Made by a program: the position numbers and the translations under genes. The notes under the pieces were generated by a model. That model ran no database searches and was not told the origin of the DNA. It saw nothing but the letters and a program-made list of their open reading frames with translations. Shown here piece by piece: positions 30,105-38,716 of a stretch of DNA of 64,000 bases. Where the stretch lies: NCBI GenBank assembly GCA_045648925.1, contig JAZROY010000004.1, forward strand, positions 74,913-138,912, in the 5' to 3' direction. Positions within the stretch are counted from its first letter, which is position 1. Each line of letters begins with the position of its first letter. This DNA comes from Candidatus Enterousia sp. GTDB lineage: Bacteria; Pseudomonadota; Alphaproteobacteria; Rs-D84.

Positions 30105-30536
30105 TTAGCCCTCCACCTTTACGCCCATAGAACGACATTGACCCGCAACGATATTCATTGCAGATTCAATTGTTGAACAATTCAAATCAGGCATTTTGTT
30201 TTTTGCAATTTCTTCAATTTGTGCCTTGGTAATAGTACCAACAAATTCACGACCTGGCTTATGAGAACCAATTTTCAATTTCAATGCTTTCTTGATATAA
30301 TAAGACACAGGTGGCAATTTCATAATGAATTCGAAACTGCGGTCTGTGTAAACAGTAATTATACAAGGAATTGGCATTCCTGGTTCTTTGTCTGCTGTTT
30401 TATCATTAAATTGTTTGCAGAATTCTGCGATATTAACACCAGCAGCACCCAATGCAGGTCCAATAGGAGGCGCAGGGTTAGCTTGTTTTGCAGGGACGAC
30501 AAGTTTAACAATCCCTTTTAATTCTTTTTTTGCCAT
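30105..30536 (-). CDS. rplK: 50S ribosomal protein L11
   Basis: [30 protein letters not shown]. Confidence 0.95.
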   Translation of the reverse strand: MAKKELKGIVKLVVPAKQANPAPPIGPALGAAGVNIAEFCKQFNDKTADKEPGMPIPCIITVYTDRSFEFIMKLPPVSYYIKKALKLKIGSHKPGREFVGTITKAQIEEIAKNKMPDLNCSTIESAMNIVAGQCRSMGVKVEG

Positions 30537-30631
30537 AACTTCACTCCGTTTTTTTGTGATGTTTTTTCAACATCTGGTTAGTGTTGTGGTGCGATGTGGC
30601 GCATCTACCACGTTTTTATTTAGTATTTCTA

Positions 30632-31177
30632 CTAAACTCTTTCGACCTGAGAGAAATCAAGTTCAACGCTTGTTTCACGGCCAAATACCAAAATGGTCAC
30701 TGTCATTTTCTGTTTTACATTATCAACATTTGATGCAATACCATTGAAATTCGCAAAAGGACCATCGATAACATGAACCTCTTGACCTTCTTCATAGACA
30801 GTGTCTTCTGTGACAACAGAACCTTCTTCGACCTGTTTCAATAATCTGCGGGCTTCTGCTTCACTGATAGGAATTGGTTTAGATTGATTTTTAACCTTTT
30901 GCCCCAAAAACATAACAACCTGGGGCATCAATTTTACCAAAGAAAAAGTTTCATTATTCATAACCATTTGAACAACGATATAGCCCGGAAAGAATTTCTT
31001 TTCTGTTTTAACGCGTTTTCCGCCTTTGATTTCAGAAACTTCACGGGTTGGAACCAAAATCTCTCCAAAATAAGCATTTAATTTGCGTTTATCAATTTGT
31101 TCACGCAATTCACGTGCAACCTTGTCTTCGCACGAAGTATGAACATTTACAACAAACCACTGCATTTTATCTTCCAT
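30632..31177 (-). CDS. nusG: Transcription termination/antitermination factor NusG
   Basis: 181 aa. NGN domain WFVVNVHTSCEDKV. KOW motif near the C-terminus. Confidence 0.95.
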   Translation of the reverse strand: MEDKMQWFVVNVHTSCEDKVARELREQIDKRKLNAYFGEILVPTREVSEIKGGKRVKTEKKFFPGYIVVQMVMNNETFSLVKLMPQVVMFLGQKVKNQSKPIPISEAEARRLLKQVEEGSVVTEDTVYEEGQEVHVIDGPFANFNGIASNVDNVKQKMTVTILVFGRETSVELDFSQVERV

Positions 31178-31200
31178 TGCTTAATCCCCTTCGGTTTTTT

Positions 31201-31380
31201 TTAGAAAATCCAGTTCACCAAAGCATTCAAAATGCTGTCGATTATGAAAAAGAATAACGCGGCAAGACCAGAAAACACCAATATCATAATAGTAGTATGA
31301 ACAACTGTTTCACGCGTTGGCCAAACGATTTTAAACCATTCGGAACGCACAGATTTGATAAATTCAATTATTTTTTTCAT
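31201..31380 (-). CDS. secE: Preprotein translocase subunit SecE
   Basis: Start at the internal ATG (MKKIIEFIKSVRSEWFKIVWPTRE...). Single C-terminal TM. Canonical position between tRNA-Trp and nusG. Confidence 0.8.
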   Translation of the reverse strand: MKKIIEFIKSVRSEWFKIVWPTRETVVHTTIMILVFSGLAALFFFIIDSILNALVNWIF

Positions 31381-31413
31381 ATTTTCCGCTCTTTTCACAT
31401 TTTTTCTGGTTTC

Positions 31414-31487
31414 TGGCAGGGGCTGAAGGAATCGAACCCTCATCCGCGGTTTTGGAGACCGATATTCTACCGTTGAACTAAGCCCCT
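31414..31487 (-). tRNA. tRNA-Trp (anticodon CCA), CCA encoded
   Basis: Manual fold. Acceptor stem AGGGGCT/AGCCCCT, anticodon loop CTCCAAA, T-arm GGGTTCGATTCC, discriminator G plus CCA. Canonical position upstream of secE. Confidence 0.9.
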
Positions 31488-31703
31488 TTAAAATCGCTTT
31501 TCGTTAATCTGTACCCATAAAAACACCCCAGCATTTTTGCCATTTTACCCATAATCGGTGCTAAGCATAGCACACCGATATCAAAAATCAAGCGGAAAAA
31601 TTATAATGTTTTGAAAAAATTAAAGCAAGTGAAAAAATGTTATTGCGACACCCCGAACACCGCCCGATGAAAATTAACACCGTGATTAAATTCAGTTTTA
31701 ATT

Positions 31704-32570
31704 TTATTGCACACTGAAAAATGGTGCACGAAAACCATCAGAATAAGAATGAAGATAACTAGAACAAGACGCAGCGCAATTGGCTAGGCACTCCTGTGTA
31801 TCATTATCATACCCTGTTGGATGTAACACCCACACAGAACCAGATAATACGCACGATGGACCACCATTTGACGTATAATTGGTTGCCTTGCACCAACAAT
31901 ATTCTCCATCTTGCGTCGAAGTTATTTCACTGTCTGTCGCTGTCCAATTTGAACTGTTATTATCGTATGCACCATCATTAGTATTCCCCGCTTTGGTACT
32001 GCATTTTGAAATACCTTTTATCGTACCATAATTAAATCCTATTGCCCATTCACCGGCACTAAAGCCATCAAAATAACTATCGCTACAATCATTACTGCCT
32101 ACCTCTGTATCATTGTTCCAATAGCTACACAGGTATTGCCAATTCCATTGGACAGAGTAGTTCATACCAAGTTCCCATATTCCTTCTATTGTTGCATCCA
32201 AACTTGATAAACTGCATTGTTGTACCTGTTGACCAGCACCAGCTTGTCTTACCCGCCAGCCCTTAAATGTATATCCTGTTTTTGTCGGTATTGTTGATGG
32301 TGGGGTTAATGTTCCGTCATATACGCAACTTTGTGATACACTTGGCACATTTTGTATTTCCGTGTCACCATTATACCAATGAAGTTGTATTGTGTTTGCC
32401 TGCCAATTTGCTTGCAGGTTTGATGTGCCAGAATATGTTTGTAATGGATTATTTCTACAATTCGCTGTGGATGCACTTGATGGGATATCTGGGTCGGCAA
32501 AACTTGGGGCGGAAAAAATAAAAGAAATTGCAAAACAAATCGTTCCGATTTGTTTTATGCTTAGCAACAA
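31704..32570 (-). CDS. Cys-rich secreted protein with a (CA)16 tract in its 5' region. Probable phase-variable surface or secreted protein. Contains a GYTFKGW motif reminiscent of Listeria-Bacteroides (Flg_new) repeats
   Basis: The ORF track starts at TTG 32570 with no Shine-Dalgarno. The hydrophobic signal-peptide core is SLLLSIKQIGTICFAISFIFSAPSFA. The only Shine-Dalgarno plus ATG (aaaggagaaataaaATG, ATG 32641-32639) is upstream of the repeat and currently out of frame. Confidence 0.6.
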   Translation of the reverse strand: MLLSIKQIGTICFAISFIFSAPSFADPDIPSSASTANCRNNPLQTYSGTSNLQANWQANTIQLHWYNGDTEIQNVPSVSQSCVYDGTLTPPSTIPTKTGYTFKGWRVRQAGAGQQVQQCSLSSLDATIEGIWELGMNYSVQWNWQYLCSYWNNDTEVGSNDCSDSYFDGFSAGEWAIGFNYGTIKGISKCSTKAGNTNDGAYDNNSSNWTATDSEITSTQDGEYCWCKATNYTSNGGPSCVLSGSVWVLHPTGYDNDTQECLANCAASCSSYLHSYSDGFRAPFFSVQ

Positions 32571-32572
32571 AC

Positions 32573-32611
<39 letters not shown>

Positions 32612-32673
32612 GTTTCTGCGGGTTTCAGCGTTTTTGACCATTTTATTTCTCCTTTCTTTGTTTCATTTTTTTA

Positions 32674-32765
32674 TTCCCCGCCCGGGGCGGGGGGGACCAC
32701 GAAGTGGTGGGGAGGGTTCACCCCCCTCCCCGACTTCGTCGGTACTCCCCCACTGGGGGGAGAAT
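32674..32765. repeat. GC-rich composite palindromic element (same family as 1088-1218)
   Basis: ttccccgcccggggcggggg, then nested gaccacgaagt...acttcgtcggtac and ggggaggg...ccctcccc, then ctcccccactggggggag. Confidence 0.65.
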
Positions 32766-32823
32766 TTTTTATCGATATGAATATTATACCATATTTTAAT
32801 TTTTATGAAAAGTGTTTTTTTAG

Positions 32824-32958
32824 TTCCCCTCTATGGAGGGGCCTGTCCACAGTAGCCTTTGGCGAAGGCGGATGGCGCGAAGCGACGGGGTGGTTTACAT
32901 AAAAACGAATTATCTGACCACCTCCCCGGCTCCGCCGGTACTCCTCCAACGGAGGAGA
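32824..32958. repeat. Second GC-rich hairpin cluster in the same divergent intergenic region
   Basis: cccctctatggagggg, ccggctccgccgg and ctcctccaacggaggag hairpins. Confidence 0.55.
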
Positions 32959-33037
32959 ACTGTTTTTGCAGGGAATTATTATCGTTTTTGATTTAAAAAT
33001 TTTTATGTAATTTTTTACTTGCGCTTGATAAATAAAA

Positions 33038-33778
33038 TTGTCTAGAATCAAATTGAATAATGTGGGAGATAATGTGGCAAAAGTAATACAACCGCCGGTT
33101 TTGTTGTCACGCGTGTTGACGTTCGTGTTCGCAACGTCTGTTGTTGTTTTGGCAACTTTGATTATTACATTGGTAAAAATTATGCCACTGGAACGACCAG
33201 AAGTTTTCTTTTTATCAACGCACACACTGTCTGTAAATGCCACAATTGAACCATTGGTTCCAAATTCGGCAAATCAACAGGCACTGGAACAATATGAAAA
33301 GGGCTTTGTTCGTGAATATATAATCGCACGAAATACTTTGATGCCAAATTCTGGATTGACATTGAAAAATTGGGCAAATGTGGTAAAACCTTGGTCAAAT
33401 AATCGTGTATATTCCGCATTTACACGCACCACATTATACAAAGAATATAGTGATAGTGGTGTTTCATCGGCAATTTCTTGTTCTGTCAATTTTTCTGACA
33501 AAAACAAAGAGCAGCCCGTCGTAAAAACCGGACACAATTCTCAATACGATGAATATACTGTCACTTTTGCGTGGGTTTGTAAAAATAGTGGTGGACAAGC
33601 CACACAAAAAAATTATAAGATACGATTAAGAATACAATCTGTTTTGGATGACAAAGTGTCGGACACATTGGAAAACCTGAACAAATTGCGTGACAATCCT
33701 TTGGGAATACGGGTTGTAGAATACACAATTTTGGATGGCGATGGCGACCCTTTGAATTCTGACAAATACTCTTTGTAA
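33038..33778 (+). CDS. virB8: Type IV secretion system protein VirB8 homolog
   Basis: Short N-terminus, one TM (VLTFVFATSVVVLATLIITLV), periplasmic domain with the conserved NPLG(I/F)xV motif (LRDNPLGIRVVEY). The probable true start is GTG 33077, preceded by gggaga. Confidence 0.75.
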   Translation: MSRIKLNNVGDNVAKVIQPPVLLSRVLTFVFATSVVVLATLIITLVKIMPLERPEVFFLSTHTLSVNATIEPLVPNSANQQALEQYEKGFVREYIIARNTLMPNSGLTLKNWANVVKPWSNNRVYSAFTRTTLYKEYSDSGVSSAISCSVNFSDKNKEQPVVKTGHNSQYDEYTVTFAWVCKNSGGQATQKNYKIRLRIQSVLDDKVSDTLENLNKLRDNPLGIRVVEYTILDGDGDPLNSDKYSL

Positions 33779-33815
33779 AAGGGTTGGGTAATTCATAAGG
33801 AAAGGATTATAAAAG

Positions 33816-35306
33816 ATGACTTTTATAAATTTTTGCAAAATAAATGTTTCATTACTGGCAATTTTGTGCTGTGTGTCCCCTGCGGCGGCTGTTTATCAGA
33901 TGGCATGGGACAACCCAAACATGAATATGGCAAGCGGTTCTTTGAAGCCAGGATATGCGAATTTAACTTGGTCTACGGGAACAGTATTACCGATAAAAAC
34001 CCGCGCTGGGATGGCAACTTTGGTGACTTTACCAAACGGTGAAAAGATTGCGGACATTGTTGCTGGAAACGAAGCATTGTTCCATATTGATGCGAATCCT
34101 GGCGATTCGTATATGTATATAACCCCAACCGATGAAAACAATGGTAATGATACCAATATGATTGTGACCGGTGAATCTGGGAACAAATATATTTTCTATT
34201 TGCGCGCTTATCCTATTAATTCCAGCGATATCACATATTCCCAGGTTGATGTTTCCGCGGGCTCTGGGGCAAATGTTGTTATTTCAAACAGTGTACCCGC
34301 GCCATCTGGATCTATGGGGTCTATATTCAAAAAGTCTACATCAAAAACATCAACTATTGGTGTTGATGGTGAAGATTATGGTTGGATAAAAACAATGAAA
34401 ATCGACCCTTCGGAATTCCGTTTTGATTTGGATATATTTGTTCCAAACCCAGACGATTATGTAATTGCACCAGAACGCGTATGGCGCGACAGAATCTTTA
34501 CATACATTGATTTCGGGGACAAGGTTATATCTATGACACAAAGACCGGTTGTATCATTATTGGTCGAAGGTGGCGAAAGCCCTGTTGGTTTCCGCACAGA
34601 CGGTGAAGACGGTCGTTTATTGATTGTCGAAGCGGTCGGCGATTTGGTTTTGCGTAGTGGTCAAAGAATTGTTTGTATCAAAAAACGTGCTAAACCTTTC
34701 TTGATTGCCGATACCGCATCTGTTATGGCACTGGCTGAGGCAAATGTTGCACAATCATTGGCGGCGAATCAATCTTTGAATACGATTGCGTATAATGATG
34801 AAATGTATGCGATAAACGCAAATGTCAATGATTATTACAGCACTACACCAACATATGTTTATAATCAACCAACTGATTTGATGTATGCAACTGGTGGGAT
34901 GCAATCTGTTTCTGTATCTGGTGGTCCAAATATGATTCCATCAGAACGCGCAACCGCTGGTTCTTATTTACCGCAATCAAATATACCACTGATTACCAGC
35001 AATCAAACCGGGGTTGCGGTCGAATTGAAATCAGATACTTCGGTAAAGGCATTAAATGATTACTGGACAGAATTGCTGGCTAAATTCAGCGGCGAAGATG
35101 GTGATGGTATACTGACACCTTATAAGAACAGTGTATTTTTTGCGGTTGATGAACAAGGTGTTGGTGATTTGGGTTCAGAATCTGCAACAGCGCGTCTGTA
35201 TCGCTTGCGTATTGGACCTTTGTCTGATATAGATGCCGCACAAAAATTGTGCGACCAGTTGTTAAAGTTCAGTGGTGCCAGTTGCTATGTAGTCAGGATA
35301 CAATAA
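33816..35306 (+). CDS. virB9: VirB9/TrbG/CagX-family T4SS outer-membrane core protein with extra C-terminal SPOR (peptidoglycan-binding) domain
   Basis: Signal peptide. N-terminal domain GMATLVTLPNGEKIADIVAGNEALFHIDANPGDSYMYITPTDENNGNDTNMIVTGESGNKYIFYLRA (TrbG/VirB9 pattern). C-terminal beta-domain DRIFTYIDFGDKV...LRSGQRIVCI. Then about 200 extra aa ending in a SPOR-like YRLRIGPLSDIDAAQKLCDQLLKFSGASCYVVRI. Confidence 0.75.
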   Translation: MTFINFCKINVSLLAILCCVSPAAAVYQMAWDNPNMNMASGSLKPGYANLTWSTGTVLPIKTRAGMATLVTLPNGEKIADIVAGNEALFHIDANPGDSYMYITPTDENNGNDTNMIVTGESGNKYIFYLRAYPINSSDITYSQVDVSAGSGANVVISNSVPAPSGSMGSIFKKSTSKTSTIGVDGEDYGWIKTMKIDPSEFRFDLDIFVPNPDDYVIAPERVWRDRIFTYIDFGDKVISMTQRPVVSLLVEGGESPVGFRTDGEDGRLLIVEAVGDLVLRSGQRIVCIKKRAKPFLIADTASVMALAEANVAQSLAANQSLNTIAYNDEMYAINANVNDYYSTTPTYVYNQPTDLMYATGGMQSVSVSGGPNMIPSERATAGSYLPQSNIPLITSNQTGVAVELKSDTSVKALNDYWTELLAKFSGEDGDGILTPYKNSVFFAVDEQGVGDLGSESATARLYRLRIGPLSDIDAAQKLCDQLLKFSGASCYVVRIQ

Positions 35307-35309
35307 AAA

Positions 35310-37721
35310 ATGAAATATATCAAAGAACAATATGATGATTTTAGAAATAACACGCCGACATATGTCCAATGGCTGTTGTTGGCTGTGGCTTTCTTGATTG
35401 TGATTATATTGTTGACTTTGCTGTTGTCGCACAAAAAAGAAGACAATACACCAGAGGTGGAAAATCAACATATTGAATTTAATGTCACACCACAAAATAT
35501 AAAATTTGATAATGTCAAAGTTGGCGAATCAGAACATGCAAAAGTTAATATTTCTGTGAATGTGCCTGTTATCATAGAAAGTGTGAAAATATATAATAAC
35601 GATTTCACAACACCTAATAATTGTGTGTATGACGAAGTAGATTCATGTAATATAAATATAATTTATACACCAACTGCGCCACAAAAATTATCAAATACAA
35701 CTTTGGTAATCACATGGTATGATGTAGATTCAGAAGATACCGTAAACACCGAAGAAATCCCTGTGGTGTTCAGTTCTTATAAAGAACCAGCAAAAGTGGT
35801 TGAACCAGAAGTAATACCAGAACCAGAACCACCTTTTGTTGATGAACCAGAACCGGAACCTGTGACACCTGTGGAAGAAATAAAAACTATCGCAATACCA
35901 AACCCAATAAGACAGCCAGAGCCAGAACCAGAACCAATTGTTCGTGCGAATCCTTGTTCTGAATTTGCTATACCAGGGTATGATGCATCTGGTCATCAGA
36001 TTGGTTGGATAAAACCAGAACGCGGAACAAATTATTTCTATCCTTTTTCGGATAAAACTTGTTCAAATCCGACTGGCAAATACGATATGGCAACCGGGGT
36101 TATTTTATCTTTGAAAGATGGTTCCAGAATCGGAACAGATTCAGACCATATCGGATACAGAAATGTTCGTGACAGAAATCTTAGTATGCCAAAATTATCA
36201 ATGCCTGGCTCGTCTTCTGTTTCTGCAAGAAATGGCGAATTCGATAGTTCCGCAAAATGGGTCGCAACAGGCAGTAATGGTCGCACAATCGCAACAAAAC
36301 ATGATGATAGTAGAAAATTCGACAGAAATCGTAAAAATACAGCAAACGAGGCTTTACTGGTTGGCTCTGGATTTGGTGCTGGGGAATCTGTAACTTCTTC
36401 TTTACCGTATGACAGAACATTTATCCTTCGGCAATTTAAACCTATTCCAGCAACCATTGTTTCAGAAGTGCGCGCAGACCCAAGTGTATACGGATGCACA
36501 AAGGCGGGCGATAAATGTGACCCAAAGAAAAATTACAGCATCCCTGTGCGTGCAACAGTTGACAGAAATGTTTATTCTGATGATGGGCGCACAATAATAT
36601 TACCAACAGGGACATTGTTAATGGGATATTTGGATGGTGATTTGCCCGGTCCGTACCAAGCATTTGGTCGTATGAGTATAAAGTGGTATCAATTCATCCG
36701 CCCAGATGGTGTTGAATTTAATTTCGCCGATGGTCAAGATCCGTATTCTGCTGATGCCCAGGGGCGTATGGGGGTCCCAGGTCACGGCAGCACTGATTAT
36801 ATCGAACAGATGGTTATGCCGTTGTTAACATCATTGGTCCCCGCGGCTGTAAATATGATTGCACCTATTGCTGATACAGTCATAAATCAAATAGATTTGG
36901 ATAATAACACTATCGTTCAATCTGGAACGATTCGTTCATCGGAAATGGCAAAACAAGATGTTATCAATACATGGAATAAAATCACACAAAAATTGTTGGT
37001 TGATGCGATTGATAATACTGTGCCACCGTTTTCTATTGCTGCTGGAACGCGTATAAATGTGTTTTCACCGGTCGATTTGATTGTGTCTTGCCAAGACAAA
37101 GGTATAAATGGAAAATGTTCTGTTATAACACCTGGCTCTGATAAACGTCGTAAATGGTCTGATTTAAAGGGCAAAGCAAGTTTTGATCCAAATGATGGTT
37201 CATGGGTTGGTCAGGTGCGTTCGTTTGATTTGATGCAATATTGCGACCAAGACAGCAAAGACAAATGGACAATCAAAAACGATGGATCTTGGACAGAATC
37301 TGGATACGAATACAGAACAGTCCTGTTATATTGCGAATCCTTGAATTACGCAGCTGTAAACAACGCGAAACAATCTGTGTATAACCAAAATGTTCAACAG
37401 CAAGCGACCAAGAAATATGGCACAGCAGAATATGATCAAAAAACAAACACTTTGAAACAATACGGGACAGAAGAACAGACCAAGGCATATAATACCGAAG
37501 TACTTGGGTTGGAATACGATGATGAAGGCAATATAAAGAATCCATTTGCAAAACCAGACGCTACTGTTGACACCCAAGATATTTTGACCTGTGATGACGG
37601 GTTGGCACCTGATACCAATGGTTGTTGCCCCGGCGAAACATTTACTGATATGGGTGAAGATGGATGGAATTGTTGCCCGGATACTGGTGGTGATTGTTTC
37701 CCACCAATAACAGTTGAATAA
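35310..37721 (+). CDS. virB10: VirB10/TrbI-family T4SS core protein, unusually long (803 aa) with an inserted region and a Cys-rich C-terminal extension
   Basis: N-terminal TM (WLLLAVAFLIVIILLTLLL). Pro-rich linker (PEVIPEPEPPFVDEPEPEPVTP...QPEPEPEP). TrbI barrel domain (ILPTGTLLMGYLDGDLPGPYQAFGRMSIKWYQFIRPDGVEFNFADGQDPYSADAQGRMGVPGHGSTDYIEQ...). About 230 extra C-terminal aa with a CC..CC..C cluster. Confidence 0.75.
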   Translation: MKYIKEQYDDFRNNTPTYVQWLLLAVAFLIVIILLTLLLSHKKEDNTPEVENQHIEFNVTPQNIKFDNVKVGESEHAKVNISVNVPVIIESVKIYNNDFTTPNNCVYDEVDSCNINIIYTPTAPQKLSNTTLVITWYDVDSEDTVNTEEIPVVFSSYKEPAKVVEPEVIPEPEPPFVDEPEPEPVTPVEEIKTIAIPNPIRQPEPEPEPIVRANPCSEFAIPGYDASGHQIGWIKPERGTNYFYPFSDKTCSNPTGKYDMATGVILSLKDGSRIGTDSDHIGYRNVRDRNLSMPKLSMPGSSSVSARNGEFDSSAKWVATGSNGRTIATKHDDSRKFDRNRKNTANEALLVGSGFGAGESVTSSLPYDRTFILRQFKPIPATIVSEVRADPSVYGCTKAGDKCDPKKNYSIPVRATVDRNVYSDDGRTIILPTGTLLMGYLDGDLPGPYQAFGRMSIKWYQFIRPDGVEFNFADGQDPYSADAQGRMGVPGHGSTDYIEQMVMPLLTSLVPAAVNMIAPIADTVINQIDLDNNTIVQSGTIRSSEMAKQDVINTWNKITQKLLVDAIDNTVPPFSIAAGTRINVFSPVDLIVSCQDKGINGKCSVITPGSDKRRKWSDLKGKASFDPNDGSWVGQVRSFDLMQYCDQDSKDKWTIKNDGSWTESGYEYRTVLLYCESLNYAAVNNAKQSVYNQNVQQQATKKYGTAEYDQKTNTLKQYGTEEQTKAYNTEVLGLEYDDEGNIKNPFAKPDATVDTQDILTCDDGLAPDTNGCCPGETFTDMGEDGWNCCPDTGGDCFPPITVE

Positions 37722-37724
37722 CAT

Positions 37725-37810
37725 AAAAAATCCGCCTTGGCGGATTTTTTAATATGAGATAAAAACCGATTCGCTTTGTATAGAACAAAAACGATTAGCG
37801 AATCGGTTTT
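37725..37810 (+). terminator. Two tandem rho-independent terminators after virB10
   Basis: aaaaaatccgccttggcggatttttt (37725-37750) and aaccgattcgct-N-agcgaatcggttttt (37761-37810). Confidence 0.75.
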
Positions 37811-37926
37811 TCGATTCGGTTTTCTATTTATAGTTGTATTGTTTTACACGATTCAATTTTTATTTTATTTTTCATTGTATCTTTGAATAGGTACAAATAC
37901 TTAATAAAAATAAAAAGGAGAAAAAC

Positions 37927-38280
37927 ATGAATACTAATACATTACAAAACACAAATATATCAACATCTGAAAAATTTCAAAATGCAGAACAATTATGGTT
38001 TTGGTTTTTATATTCAAAATCTATTCAAAACGGATTTAATCGAAATTGTTCTTCGATTCGCAGACCATGTGAATTATTGGATGTAGAAACATTAATAACA
38101 AAATTGTATTTATGTGGAAAATTATCAGAAGAACAATTAAATGTTATGAAAAAATTCGGCGACAAAAGACGCGCACCACACCAATATATTTATTCTGAAA
38201 ATCGCGCAGCCGCGCTTTGGAAATCCGCGATGGATGTATTGACTGAATATGCGCATAAAAAAGACTGGTTGATCGATTAA
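37927..38280 (+). CDS. Hypothetical protein (117 aa)
   Basis: Good Shine-Dalgarno (aaaaaggagaaaaacATG). No recognisable motif. Confidence 0.35.
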   Translation: MNTNTLQNTNISTSEKFQNAEQLWFWFLYSKSIQNGFNRNCSSIRRPCELLDVETLITKLYLCGKLSEEQLNVMKKFGDKRRAPHQYIYSENRAAALWKSAMDVLTEYAHKKDWLID

Positions 38281-38347
38281 TATTATTTTCTGATTTATGG
38301 GTATGGGAGATAAATCAGAATCTATATTTTTAAAAAAGGTTGTTATT

Positions 38348-38695
38348 ATGATTATATACATTGGTTTTTCAACGAAAACTCATAAAATTTTGGTACGTAT
38401 TTTTTGTCGTCATTTTAAACACTGTGCGCCCATTGTTATTAAAAAAAACAACTATAAAATATATCAATTCACAAACAGAAAAACCATTAACATCATCACA
38501 ATAAAAAGACACGATATAAAAATTCTGGAACAATATGGCTGGCGATTCATCAAATACAACATTAAATCTGTCCCACAAAACGCGTTAAGCATACATACAT
38601 TAACATGTGTTCAATTTACAAAAAAATTTTGCAGAATTAAAAAAATCACGATACAAACCCCAGATGCACTTTTGAAATATTTGATACAAAAATAA
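38348..38695 (+). CDS. Hypothetical protein (about 115 aa from the internal ATG)
   Basis: ATG 38348 is preceded by aaaaagg. Basic protein, no recognised motif. A bidirectional terminator (aaaaatgcccatttgggcatttttt) follows. Confidence 0.3.
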   Translation: MIIYIGFSTKTHKILVRIFCRHFKHCAPIVIKKNNYKIYQFTNRKTINIITIKRHDIKILEQYGWRFIKYNIKSVPQNALSIHTLTCVQFTKKFCRIKKITIQTPDALLKYLIQK

Positions 38696-38716
38696 AAATG
38701 CCCATTTGGGCATTTT

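Noticed and set aside
33038-33076. TTG start of virB8 as given by the ORF track
   Set aside because: No Shine-Dalgarno sequence. GTG at 33077, preceded by gggaga, is the more plausible start. The broader coordinates are kept in the feature list.
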